DNA of 16,980 bases from a bacterium (GCA_046758365.1 JBHIAC010000067.1:1-16980); one strand, 5' to 3'; shown: positions 1-7,841, counted from the stretch's first letter. Notes: generated by a model from the letters alone, not told the origin. Translations and numbers: made by a program.

Positions 1-1
1 T

Positions 2-244
2 GCCCAATGTACCCATTTAGGCTGCACGCCACGTTGGTTGGAAGCTGAAAACAAGTATAAATGTCCCTGCCACGGCAGCGGCTTCACTCGAGAAGGGGTG
101 AATTTTGAAGGCCCTGCTCCAAGACCTCTGGAAAGAGTCAGAATTACTTTGGCAGAAGATGGTCAGCTTCTAATAGATAAAAGCATAAAATTCCGTGAAG
201 AGAAAGAGGAGTGGGGACGACCGGATTCCTTTTTGCCCGCTTAA
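2..244 (+). CDS. Rieske [2Fe-2S] protein (cytochrome bc/b6f-type iron-sulfur subunit), 3' part; 5' end lies outside the window
   Basis: Frame 2 is open from the window edge and reads [28 protein letters not shown]...GPAPRPL. Both Rieske boxes (CTHLGC, CPCHGS) and the GPAPRPL loop are present. The ORF-track start at 38 is an edge artefact. Confidence 0.93.
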   Translation, partial: AQCTHLGCTPRWLEAENKYKCPCHGSGFTREGVNFEGPAPRPLERVRITLAEDGQLLIDKSIKFREEKEEWGRPDSFLPA

Positions 245-272
245 ACAAAAGAAATTATTTTTCACCCAATAT

Positions 273-308
273 AAATCCTACCCAATGTGTGGTGGGATTT
301 TTTATTTA
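273..308 (+). terminator. Probable intrinsic terminator after the Rieske gene
   Basis: AAATCCTACC (273-282) pairs with GGTGGGATTT (291-300) with one G-U pair and an 8-nt loop, followed by TTTATTTA. It lies about 30 nt after the stop codon. Confidence 0.7.
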
Positions 309-334
309 TAGCGGTCATAAAATGGCTTTCTGAG

Positions 335-352
335 GTTTAAATCTATTTAAAC
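335..352. promoter_or_regulatory. Perfect 8-2-8 inverted repeat, candidate transcription factor site
   Basis: GTTTAAAT-CT-ATTTAAAC, about 50 bp upstream of the -35 box at 401. Confidence 0.35.
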
Positions 353-400
353 ATAACTCCTGGAGTCTCCCGAGATCCCGGAGGTTTATATCAATTTTAC

Positions 401-429
401 TTGCTTATCTGAATAAAAATTGGTATAAT
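401..429 (+). promoter_or_regulatory. sigma70-type promoter with extended -10
   Basis: TTGCTT (401-406), 17-bp spacer, TG at 421-422 and perfect TATAAT (424-429). Confidence 0.75.
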
Positions 430-477
430 TATTTGATACCTGAAACTCACTATACTTATCGACTAACTTATAAAACT

Positions 478-645
478 ATGTGGTTCATTGCTAAAGGATT
501 GCAAGCTATCGGGCTGATTGAAGTGTTGTTCGGTCTTTACCTTGGATTCTCACAAGATAATTTATCTGCTGAATTTAAATTTGCTATGCTAGGGGTGACT
601 ATATTCGGAGTAGGTTGGTTTATTGAAAAAAGAATCAAAAGCTAA
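478..645 (+). CDS. Small hypothetical membrane protein (55 aa, two predicted TM helices)
   Basis: MWFIAKGLQAIGLIEVLFGLYLGFSQDNLSAEFKFAMLGVTIFGVGWFIEKRIKS has two hydrophobic segments and a basic tail. ATG 478 is preferred because TTG 433 is too close to the -10 box to be transcribed from this promoter. Confidence 0.65.
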   Translation: MWFIAKGLQAIGLIEVLFGLYLGFSQDNLSAEFKFAMLGVTIFGVGWFIEKRIKS

Positions 646-773
646 CCTTTTTGTTTGATAAACCTTTAAGAATGAATTTCATAGATATATAAATTCCCAT
701 CAAATGAAAATTATTAGGATATGTTAGAAGAAGATTCGTTTTTATTACCATATAATTCATGTAATCCGTTCTT

Positions 774-2051
774 ATGAAAAACGTAATAGCCATGATTCTC
801 GCCGGTGGGCGGGTCGATGAATTGAGTGTACTGACATTATCACGACCAAAATCTGCGGTACCGTTCGGTGGGATGTATCGAGTCATTGATTTCGCTTTAA
901 GCAATCTCATGCACTCTGGAATTGAAAATATTGGTATTTTGAGTCAATACCGATCATTCTCTTTGATTAACCACATCGGGATTGGCTCATGGTGGGATTT
1001 TGTGGGCAGAAATCGGGGGGCTACCATGCTTCCACCTTTCACCGGACATAAAGCAAATGACTGGTACAAAGGCACCGCTGATGCGGTCTACCAGAATTTG
1101 GAGTTTATTCAAGAACACAATCCCAACACGGTGTTAATTCTTTCTGGCGATCACATTTACAAAATGAGCTATCAACCCATGCTTTCTTACCATCGAGAAA
1201 AGGATGCGGATTTAACCATTGCTTTTTTACCCATAAAACCCGAAGAGAGCCGTCGGTTCGGAGTAGCAGAGATTGATGGTGAGGATGGAAAATCCGGTGG
1301 TCGTGTTCTGGATTATAAGGAGAAGCCCTCAGATGTCCAATTTCATTGGGCCAGTTTAACTATTTATCTTTTTAGGCCGTCTGTAATGTACCAAGTCTTA
1401 GAAGATAATGCCCGAAATTCTCAGTCACATGAATTTGGTCGTGACATCATTCCAAAGATGTTGGGGAAATACAAAGTCTATGGATATAAATTTAATGACT
1501 ATTGGGCTTATGCCCGCACCATTGATGAATACTGGCAGTCCAACATGGATTTGCTGGGTGAACATCCTAAGATAGATTTAGATGAATGGGAGGTACGAAC
1601 AAATTTGGACCATGATTGTCTTCGGGATAGACCACCAGCCTGGATAGGCAGCAGTGCTGTCCTGGAAGATTCTTTGATTCACAATGGCTGCAGAATAAAT
1701 GGTGAAGTTCACCAAAGCATATTATTTCCAGGGGTAAAAATTGAAAAGGGCGCAAAGGTTTCCGATTCAATTTTGTTTTTTGACACGGAGGTTAAAACCG
1801 GTTCAACGACGGAGAAAACTATCACAGATTGTGAGGTTCAAATCGGAGCTGATTGTTACATCGGAAAGGGAAATGCTATAACCCCTAACCGGGAATACCC
1901 TGAAATTCTGAAGTCTGGAGTTACTCTCATTGGTCACCATACTAAGATACCATCTGGTATTCAAATTGGCAGAAACAGCATAATTTATCCTTCATTAAAA
2001 GAAAAAGATTTTCAAAGACGTAAATATGAATCAGGAGTAGTCATCCAATGA
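774..2051 (+). CDS. Glucose-1-phosphate adenylyltransferase family protein with degenerate motifs (GlgD-like subunit)
   Basis: Retains RPKSAVPFGG, WYKGTADAV, ILSGDH, EKP and a C-terminal left-handed beta-helix. The GGxGxRL loop reads GGRVDEL and WRDVGT reads WAYART. Confidence 0.85.
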   Translation: MKNVIAMILAGGRVDELSVLTLSRPKSAVPFGGMYRVIDFALSNLMHSGIENIGILSQYRSFSLINHIGIGSWWDFVGRNRGATMLPPFTGHKANDWYKGTADAVYQNLEFIQEHNPNTVLILSGDHIYKMSYQPMLSYHREKDADLTIAFLPIKPEESRRFGVAEIDGEDGKSGGRVLDYKEKPSDVQFHWASLTIYLFRPSVMYQVLEDNARNSQSHEFGRDIIPKMLGKYKVYGYKFNDYWAYARTIDEYWQSNMDLLGEHPKIDLDEWEVRTNLDHDCLRDRPPAWIGSSAVLEDSLIHNGCRINGEVHQSILFPGVKIEKGAKVSDSILFFDTEVKTGSTTEKTITDCEVQIGADCYIGKGNAITPNREYPEILKSGVTLIGHHTKIPSGIQIGRNSIIYPSLKEKDFQRRKYESGVVIQ

Positions 2052-3328
2052 ATTCCACCTTGGTGATGTTGTTAGCTGGTGGTGTAGGTAGCCGATTGAA
2101 TATTTTAGCCTATGATCGAGCGAAGCCAGCGGTTCCGTTTGGTGGCATCTATCGAATTATTGACTTTACTCTAAGTAATGTGATGAATTCTGGCCTGGAT
2201 ACAGTAGGAGTGCTCACACAATACAAGCCACTCTCTCTTATGGAACACATTGGTACAGGGGCGCCATGGGATTTTATTGGACGCATTCGTGGCGCTAAAA
2301 TATTACCACCGAGAACAGGTCAAAAAGTTTCTGACTGGTACAAAGGTACGGCTGATGCTGTACGTCAAAATATTGATTTTATTGAAGGGCACAATCCTAA
2401 ACGAATCTTAATTCTTTCCGGCGACCATATTTACCACATGGATTATGCTCAACTGCTCAAGTTTCATGAAGCCAAAGGAGCGGATTTAACCATTGGTATG
2501 ATGGAGGTACCGTGGAAAGAGGCCGTGCATTTTGGAATTGCCAAAACGGATGATAATCATCAAATCATTGGTTGGGAAGAAAAGCCAGAGAAAGCGCGCA
2601 GCAATTTAGCTTCCATGGGCATATATGTATTCGACACCCTATATTTGCTGAACGCTCTACGCACCCATAAAGAACACGATTTTGGAAAAAACATCATTCC
2701 AACAGCCGTCAAAAATGATAGGGTTTTTGCCTTCCCTTTCAAAGGTTATTGGCGCGATGTAGGGACGATCAAAGCCTTTTGGGATGCAAACATGGATTTG
2801 CTGGACAGCACCTCCGGATTAGATTTGGAGAATTGGGGCATGCGAACTAACGTAGAGGAAGAAGGTCGGTTAGGGGATCGCCCTCCGACTTTTTTGTCTC
2901 CTAAAAGTTCAGTCAGAAATTCCGTAATTTCATCGGGTTGCATGATTGAGGGTCATGTTGATAATTCCATTCTTTCTCCGGGCGTATATGTGGGTCGAGG
3001 TGCAAAAGTAGTGGAATCCGTCGTCATGCATGATTCTCGGATTTTAGCCGAGGCGCAGGTGATTGAGAGTATTTTGGATAAAAAAGTAACCGTAGGTGAG
3101 AAAACGATTTTGGGGGTGGATTCCGCAGAAACTCCAAACAAAGAAAATCCCGATCATCTTTCCTGTGGAATCGTTGTAGTCGGTAAAGGAGCGGAAATCC
3201 CACCTAATTTTAAAATAGGAAAAAATAGTATTCTTTACCCTTATTTAAAAGCCGAAGATTATATGAGTCATGAAATTTTACCAGGGGAGACCATTCGGCC
3301 AAGAAATCCGGCCGAAAAATCCCAATAA
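2048..3328 (+). CDS. glgC: Glucose-1-phosphate adenylyltransferase (ADP-glucose pyrophosphorylase)
   Basis: Canonical motifs LAGGVGSRL, RAKPAVPFGG, WYKGTADAV, LSGDH, EKP, ASMGIY, DFG and YWRDVGT. ATGA overlap with the upstream stop suggests translational coupling. Confidence 0.92.
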   Translation: MNSTLVMLLAGGVGSRLNILAYDRAKPAVPFGGIYRIIDFTLSNVMNSGLDTVGVLTQYKPLSLMEHIGTGAPWDFIGRIRGAKILPPRTGQKVSDWYKGTADAVRQNIDFIEGHNPKRILILSGDHIYHMDYAQLLKFHEAKGADLTIGMMEVPWKEAVHFGIAKTDDNHQIIGWEEKPEKARSNLASMGIYVFDTLYLLNALRTHKEHDFGKNIIPTAVKNDRVFAFPFKGYWRDVGTIKAFWDANMDLLDSTSGLDLENWGMRTNVEEEGRLGDRPPTFLSPKSSVRNSVISSGCMIEGHVDNSILSPGVYVGRGAKVVESVVMHDSRILAEAQVIESILDKKVTVGEKTILGVDSAETPNKENPDHLSCGIVVVGKGAEIPPNFKIGKNSILYPYLKAEDYMSHEILPGETIRPRNPAEKSQ

Positions 3329-3442
3329 TGCTCCATAGCACGTCCTTGTTCGATGAAAAAGCAGGCCTCAATTTGTGCTGATTTGAACTTATCCTTTGTT
3401 TAAAATTAATGATATAAAAATAGTATAAATTTTTCAAAGTCT

Positions 3443-3510
3443 AAAAATCGGTTCAGGCGAGAACGCCTGTTCGAGCTTTTTAATTTTCTAGAAATATTAA
3501 GGGATCGAAC
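3443..3510 (+). promoter_or_regulatory. Structured leader: two adjacent hairpins upstream of the TTG start, the second covering the Shine-Dalgarno
   Basis: CAGGCG-AGAA-CGCCTG (3454-3469). GTTCGA (3469-3474) pairs with TCGAAC (3505-3510) and encloses CTTTTTAAT...ATTAAGGG. Confidence 0.4.
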
Positions 3511-4491
3511 TTGAAAGCTGTAATTCTGGCTGGTGGTTTAGGAACCCGGCTGCGCCCGCTCACTTGCAATGTACCCAAACCTATGGCACCGGTAGTCAAT
3601 CGGCCAATTTTGGAACACACCCTTACGCTTCTTCAATACCATGAAATTAAAGATATTATCATGCTTCTATTTTACCTCCCTGAGTATATTAGAAACCATT
3701 TTGGAGACGGTTCAAAATATGGTGTGAAAATATCTTATATTACCCCTGACCAAGATTACGGAACCGCTGGAGCAGTTAAGCAAGCTGAATCATTAATTGA
3801 AGATACTTTTTTAGTGGTCTCTGGCGATGTTATCACTGATTTAGATATTTCACGTTTTGTTAAATTCCATAAAGAAAAAAAAGCTTTATTAACCATGGCG
3901 TTATCCCATGTTGACAATCCCTCTCCCTTTGGAATCACGTTTACAGATAAAAAAGGTAGGGTCTCCAGATTTTTAGAAAAGCCAGCCTGGGGGCAGATAT
4001 TTAGCGATACGGTCAATATGGGTATATATGTCATGGAACCTAAGGCTCTGGAGTTAATCTCCAAAAATAAAAAATATTATTTTGCTCGAGACCTATTTCC
4101 AAAATTGCTGGAGGAAAGAAAACCGTTGTTCGGATATGTCAGTGATTGCTATTGGAGAGATATCGGCGATTTAAAAACTTATCAATTTGTACACTGGGAT
4201 TGGTTTGATGGTAAAATTAAATTGGAAGTCAAAGAAACATTCCATGAAGGTGTCTGGCTGGGTAAGGACTGCCAAATTGGTAAAAGGGTGAAAATTGAAG
4301 GCAATGTAATGCTTGGGGATAACTGCACCATAGAAGATGGTGTACAGTTATCTAATTCGGTATTGGGTGACAATTGTCGGATCGGACAGAATTCTTTTAT
4401 TTCTAAATCCATTCTTTGGAAGAATGTGAATATTGAAAATAATTCTGAATTAAATCAAAAGGTTGTTGGCGCCGGCACACAAATTGGGTAA
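3511..4491 (+). CDS. NDP-sugar synthase, mannose-1-phosphate guanylyltransferase-like
   Basis: KAVILAGGLGTRLRPLT, PKPM, GTAG, VSGD, FLEKP, YWRDIG and C-terminal hexapeptide repeats. TTG start preceded by AAGGGA. Substrate is inferred from family resemblance. Confidence 0.82.
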   Translation: MKAVILAGGLGTRLRPLTCNVPKPMAPVVNRPILEHTLTLLQYHEIKDIIMLLFYLPEYIRNHFGDGSKYGVKISYITPDQDYGTAGAVKQAESLIEDTFLVVSGDVITDLDISRFVKFHKEKKALLTMALSHVDNPSPFGITFTDKKGRVSRFLEKPAWGQIFSDTVNMGIYVMEPKALELISKNKKYYFARDLFPKLLEERKPLFGYVSDCYWRDIGDLKTYQFVHWDWFDGKIKLEVKETFHEGVWLGKDCQIGKRVKIEGNVMLGDNCTIEDGVQLSNSVLGDNCRIGQNSFISKSILWKNVNIENNSELNQKVVGAGTQIG

Positions 4492-4611
4492 GGCTCTGAT
4501 TTTATGTTATTAAAGTTTATTAATAGATAAATTTAAAACAAAAGTTGTGAAGGGTTTGCTTCTTAATTGTTGCATTCTTTAAAATTTCACCAATCTGTCC
4601 TGCCTTTCCGC

Positions 4612-4640
4612 TTGACTTTTTATCAAATATTTGCTACTAT
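4612..4640 (+). promoter_or_regulatory. sigma70-type promoter with extended -10 upstream of the aldehyde dehydrogenase
   Basis: TTGACT (4612-4617), 17-bp spacer, TG at 4632-4633, TACTAT (4635-4640). Confidence 0.7.
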
Positions 4641-4726
4641 TTTAAGTTTGTATTTAATAGCACACATACTTTAAAGTATAATATGACTACACGACTTTTG
4701 AACCTTTAATGTAAAAGAGGTTAGCG

Positions 4727-6214
4727 ATGAGTAACAAATATTTAAACTACATTGGTGGAAAGTGGGTGGAAGCATTAAGTGGTGAAACCTTTGAAAATCG
4801 CAATCCAGCCAATTGGGAAGAAGTCGTTGGAGTGTTCCCCAAATCTGGGAAAGAGGATGTTGTCGTGGCCGTAAAATCGGCTCGCGAAGCCTTTGATGAA
4901 TGGCGATTAACACCAGCACCTAAACGGGGTGAAATTATCAAAAAAGCAGGCGACCTATTGGCTAAACGCAAGGAAGAAATTGCAAGAAATATGACCCGCG
5001 AAATGGGTAAAGTATTAGAAGAAACCCGCGGCGATGTGCAGGAGGGAATTGACACGGCTTACTACGCGGCAAGCGAAGGACGGCGATTGTTTAGTCATAC
5101 GGCGCCTTCAGAGCTACCCAACAAATTCAACATGTCCATTCGTTTACCCGTGGGGGTAGCTGGGATTATTACCCCGTGGAATTTTCCCATGGCTATTCCG
5201 ACCTGGAAAATTTTCCCTGCGTTGGTGTGTGGAAATTGTGTTGTCTTTAAACCCGCTAGCGATACCCCATTAACTGGTACTACTTTGATAAAAATTCTTT
5301 TAGAAGCTGGCGTACCTCCTAAAGTTGTTAATTTAGTCCACGGCGGCGGTACCCAGGTTGGCATCCCATTAGTTAATCACTCAGATGTAAATTTGATTTC
5401 TTTCACAGGTTCCACAGCCGTTGGCAAAACCATTTCCAAAGCGGCTAGCGATACACTCAAACGTGTTTCTCTGGAGTTGGGTGGGAAAAATGCTCAAATT
5501 GTCCTGGATGATGCAGATTTAGTGTTGGCTTTAGAAGGAGTTTTGTGGGGGGCCTTTGGCACCACGGGGCAGCGCTGTACCGCTACCAGCCGACTCATTT
5601 TACAGGAAGGAATTTATGACACATTCTTGGATAGGCTGATTAGTAAAACGGAAAAATTAAAATTAGGCGATGGTCTAAAACCTGACACTGATGTCGGTCC
5701 CCTAATTAATAAAGGCCAACAACAGATTGTAGATGAATATGTAGGCGTGGGAAAAGCAGAAGGCGCCAAGCTGGTGACAGGTGGAGAAATTTACAACGAA
5801 GGAGAGTATAAGAATGGCTGGTTTTATAAACCAACAATTTTTACTGAGGTTACGCCAGATATGCGAATTGCCAAAGAAGAGATTTTTGGGCCAGTTCTTT
5901 CAGTTATCCGGGTAAAAACTTTTGAAGAAGCTGTAAGAGTTTTAAATAACACCAAATACGGTCTTTCTTCTTCCCTATACACCCAGGACGTTAATTTAGC
6001 TTTTAAAGCCATGCGAGATATTGAAGCAGGCATTACTTACATAAATGGCCCAACCATCGGTGCTGAAGCTCACATGCCTTTTGGCGGTGTAAAAGAGACC
6101 GGAAACGGACACCGGGAAGGCGGCTGGGAAGTCTATGAATTCTACACCGAAACAAAAACGGTTTTTGTGGACTATTCAGGAAAATTGCAGCGGGCACAAA
6201 TTGATAATCGATAA
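4727..6214 (+). CDS. NAD(P)-dependent aldehyde dehydrogenase, probably piperideine-6-carboxylate / 2-aminoadipate semialdehyde dehydrogenase
   Basis: ITPWNFP, FTGSTAVG, LELGGKN (catalytic Glu), GQRCTAT (catalytic Cys), EEIFGPV and PFGG. SD AGAGG. Substrate is inferred from the adjacent lysine 6-transaminase. Confidence 0.92.
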   Translation: MSNKYLNYIGGKWVEALSGETFENRNPANWEEVVGVFPKSGKEDVVVAVKSAREAFDEWRLTPAPKRGEIIKKAGDLLAKRKEEIARNMTREMGKVLEETRGDVQEGIDTAYYAASEGRRLFSHTAPSELPNKFNMSIRLPVGVAGIITPWNFPMAIPTWKIFPALVCGNCVVFKPASDTPLTGTTLIKILLEAGVPPKVVNLVHGGGTQVGIPLVNHSDVNLISFTGSTAVGKTISKAASDTLKRVSLELGGKNAQIVLDDADLVLALEGVLWGAFGTTGQRCTATSRLILQEGIYDTFLDRLISKTEKLKLGDGLKPDTDVGPLINKGQQQIVDEYVGVGKAEGAKLVTGGEIYNEGEYKNGWFYKPTIFTEVTPDMRIAKEEIFGPVLSVIRVKTFEEAVRVLNNTKYGLSSSLYTQDVNLAFKAMRDIEAGITYINGPTIGAEAHMPFGGVKETGNGHREGGWEVYEFYTETKTVFVDYSGKLQRAQIDNR

Positions 6215-6270
6215 TTAATTTTGAATAAAAGTATTTATTTACATTCGAGTTATTAAATTGAGGATGCAAA

Positions 6271-6414
6271 GGTGGAAGAAAAGTACCTGAATATAATGCA
6301 GAAGATAGGGAGGTATTTGAGGGACCTTATCGAATTATTTAGCGCATGAAGCCGAAACAGATAGACATTTTAACTGTGAAACACGGTTCACGATTATTAC
6401 CAAAAGATATATGA
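6271..6414 (+). pseudogene. C-terminal remnant of a type II toxin, RelE/ParE family
   Basis: Reads GGRKVPEYNAEDREVFEGPYRII*RMKPKQIDILTVKHGSRLLPKDI*, matching the ParE-like pattern GRxVPE...RE...YRIIY...IxIL.V.HG.RLL. TAG at 6340-6342 replaces the expected Tyr. An upstream in-frame TGA (6259-6261) means the 5' half is missing. Confidence 0.8.
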
Positions 6415-6434
6415 ATAAATTAGGAGAAATATCA

Positions 6435-7817
6435 ATGCTTAAGCTTACCCCGGATCAAGTATTTCCGATTTTGAAAAAACACATGCTGGTAGATGGATTT
6501 AATCAAATGGTTGTGGATTTGCAGAAAAGCCAGGGTAGTTATCTGTACGATTCTTTGAATAATCGACGCTACTTAGATTTATTTAGCTTCTTTGCTACAG
6601 CACCCATCGGGCATAATCATCCTGCAATGAGCAACCCAGAGTTTAAGGAAAAAATTCTCAGCGTAGCTATAATGAAGCCCTCCAATTCAGATTTTTACAC
6701 TGTTGAGATGGCGGAGTTTGTATCAACTTTCTCTAAGTATGTTATGCCGGATTACTTGCCTTATTTATTTTTAATTGAAGGCGGTGCCCTCGGAGTGGAA
6801 AATGCTCTCAAAGCGGCCTTTGACTGGAAGATTCGAAAAAATTTTGAAAAAGGGTATAGAGAAGAAAAGGGAACACAAGTCATTCATTTTAAAGAAGCTT
6901 TTCACGGAAGAACTGGTTATACCCTCTCTTTAACCAATACGGCTGATATCCGAAAAGTTAAATATTTTCCTAAATTTAACTGGCCAAGAATAACCAATCC
7001 CAAAATTACTTTTCCTTTAAATGAGTCTAACTTAGAAAAGGTAGAGGCTGTTGAAAAAAAAGCCGTACAAGAAATTAAAGAAGCCATCAAAAATAATCCG
7101 GATGATATTGCGGCTATTATAATCGAGCCTATTCAAGGAGAAGGCGGCGACAATCATTTCCGCAAGGAATTTTTCCAGCAGCTACGGACAACGGCCGATG
7201 AAAACGAAATTATGTTAATTTTTGATGAAGTCCAGACCGGTATCGGTTTAACAGGCGAAATATGGGGTCATCAGCATTTTGGGGTTAAGCCAGACTTGAT
7301 TGCCTTTGGTAAAAAAACTCAGGTTTGCGGTTTCCTTTGCAGTAAAAGAATTGACGAAGTTGAAAATAACGTATTCCATGAATCCACCCGCATAAATTCT
7401 ACCTGGGGCGGAAATTTGGTGGATATGGTGCGATTTCGCAAGTACCTCGAAATCATTGTGAATGAGAGACTCGTTGAAAATGCAAAAAACGTAGGAGAAT
7501 ATTTTCTGAATGAACTAAAGAAAATTCAGAACGAGTTTGAAGGTTTCGTGACCAATGTGCGGGGCCGAGGTCTCATGATTGCCTTTGACCTGCCAACGGG
7601 AGAGATTAGAACCCACTATCTCCGAACCACATTTAAAAACGGGCTCATTGCATTAAGTTGCGGTAAACGCTCTGTGCGTTTTCGACCTTCGTTGAATTTA
7701 ACCAAAGATTTGGTAGATGAAGCCATGGAAATTATCCGAAAAAGTTTAAAGGAAGTTTTAGAGAAAAACGGTGAAAAAATCACCATGGTTGAGGATGAGG
7801 CTCCATTTGAACTTTGA
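6435..7817 (+). CDS. lat: L-lysine 6-transaminase (lysine epsilon-aminotransferase, class III PLP enzyme)
   Basis: KHMLVDG, KPSNSD, GGALGVENALKAAFDWK, AFHGRTGY, EPIQGEGGD, FDEVQTG, FGKKTQ (PLP lysine) and RINSTWGG. ATG 6435 is chosen for SD AGGAG at 6422-6426. Confidence 0.92.
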   Translation: MLKLTPDQVFPILKKHMLVDGFNQMVVDLQKSQGSYLYDSLNNRRYLDLFSFFATAPIGHNHPAMSNPEFKEKILSVAIMKPSNSDFYTVEMAEFVSTFSKYVMPDYLPYLFLIEGGALGVENALKAAFDWKIRKNFEKGYREEKGTQVIHFKEAFHGRTGYTLSLTNTADIRKVKYFPKFNWPRITNPKITFPLNESNLEKVEAVEKKAVQEIKEAIKNNPDDIAAIIIEPIQGEGGDNHFRKEFFQQLRTTADENEIMLIFDEVQTGIGLTGEIWGHQHFGVKPDLIAFGKKTQVCGFLCSKRIDEVENNVFHESTRINSTWGGNLVDMVRFRKYLEIIVNERLVENAKNVGEYFLNELKKIQNEFEGFVTNVRGRGLMIAFDLPTGEIRTHYLRTTFKNGLIALSCGKRSVRFRPSLNLTKDLVDEAMEIIRKSLKEVLEKNGEKITMVEDEAPFEL

Positions 7818-7841
7818 TTATAATTTAAAGGGAAGTGAAAA

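Noticed and set aside
433..477. N-terminal extension of the small membrane ORF from TTG 433
   Set aside because: It begins 3 nt after the -10 box, upstream of the expected transcription start, and has no SD.
6340..6342. In-frame TAG as possible pyrrolysine or recoded stop
   Set aside because: The gene also lacks its 5' half, and TAG acts as a normal stop at 8258 and 15062.
6272..6349. 25-codon ORF (GTG, MEEKYLNIMQKIGRYLRDLIELFSA) with GAGGA upstream
   Set aside because: It overlaps the RelE/ParE remnant in another frame, and that remnant explains the sequence better. No recognisable motif.
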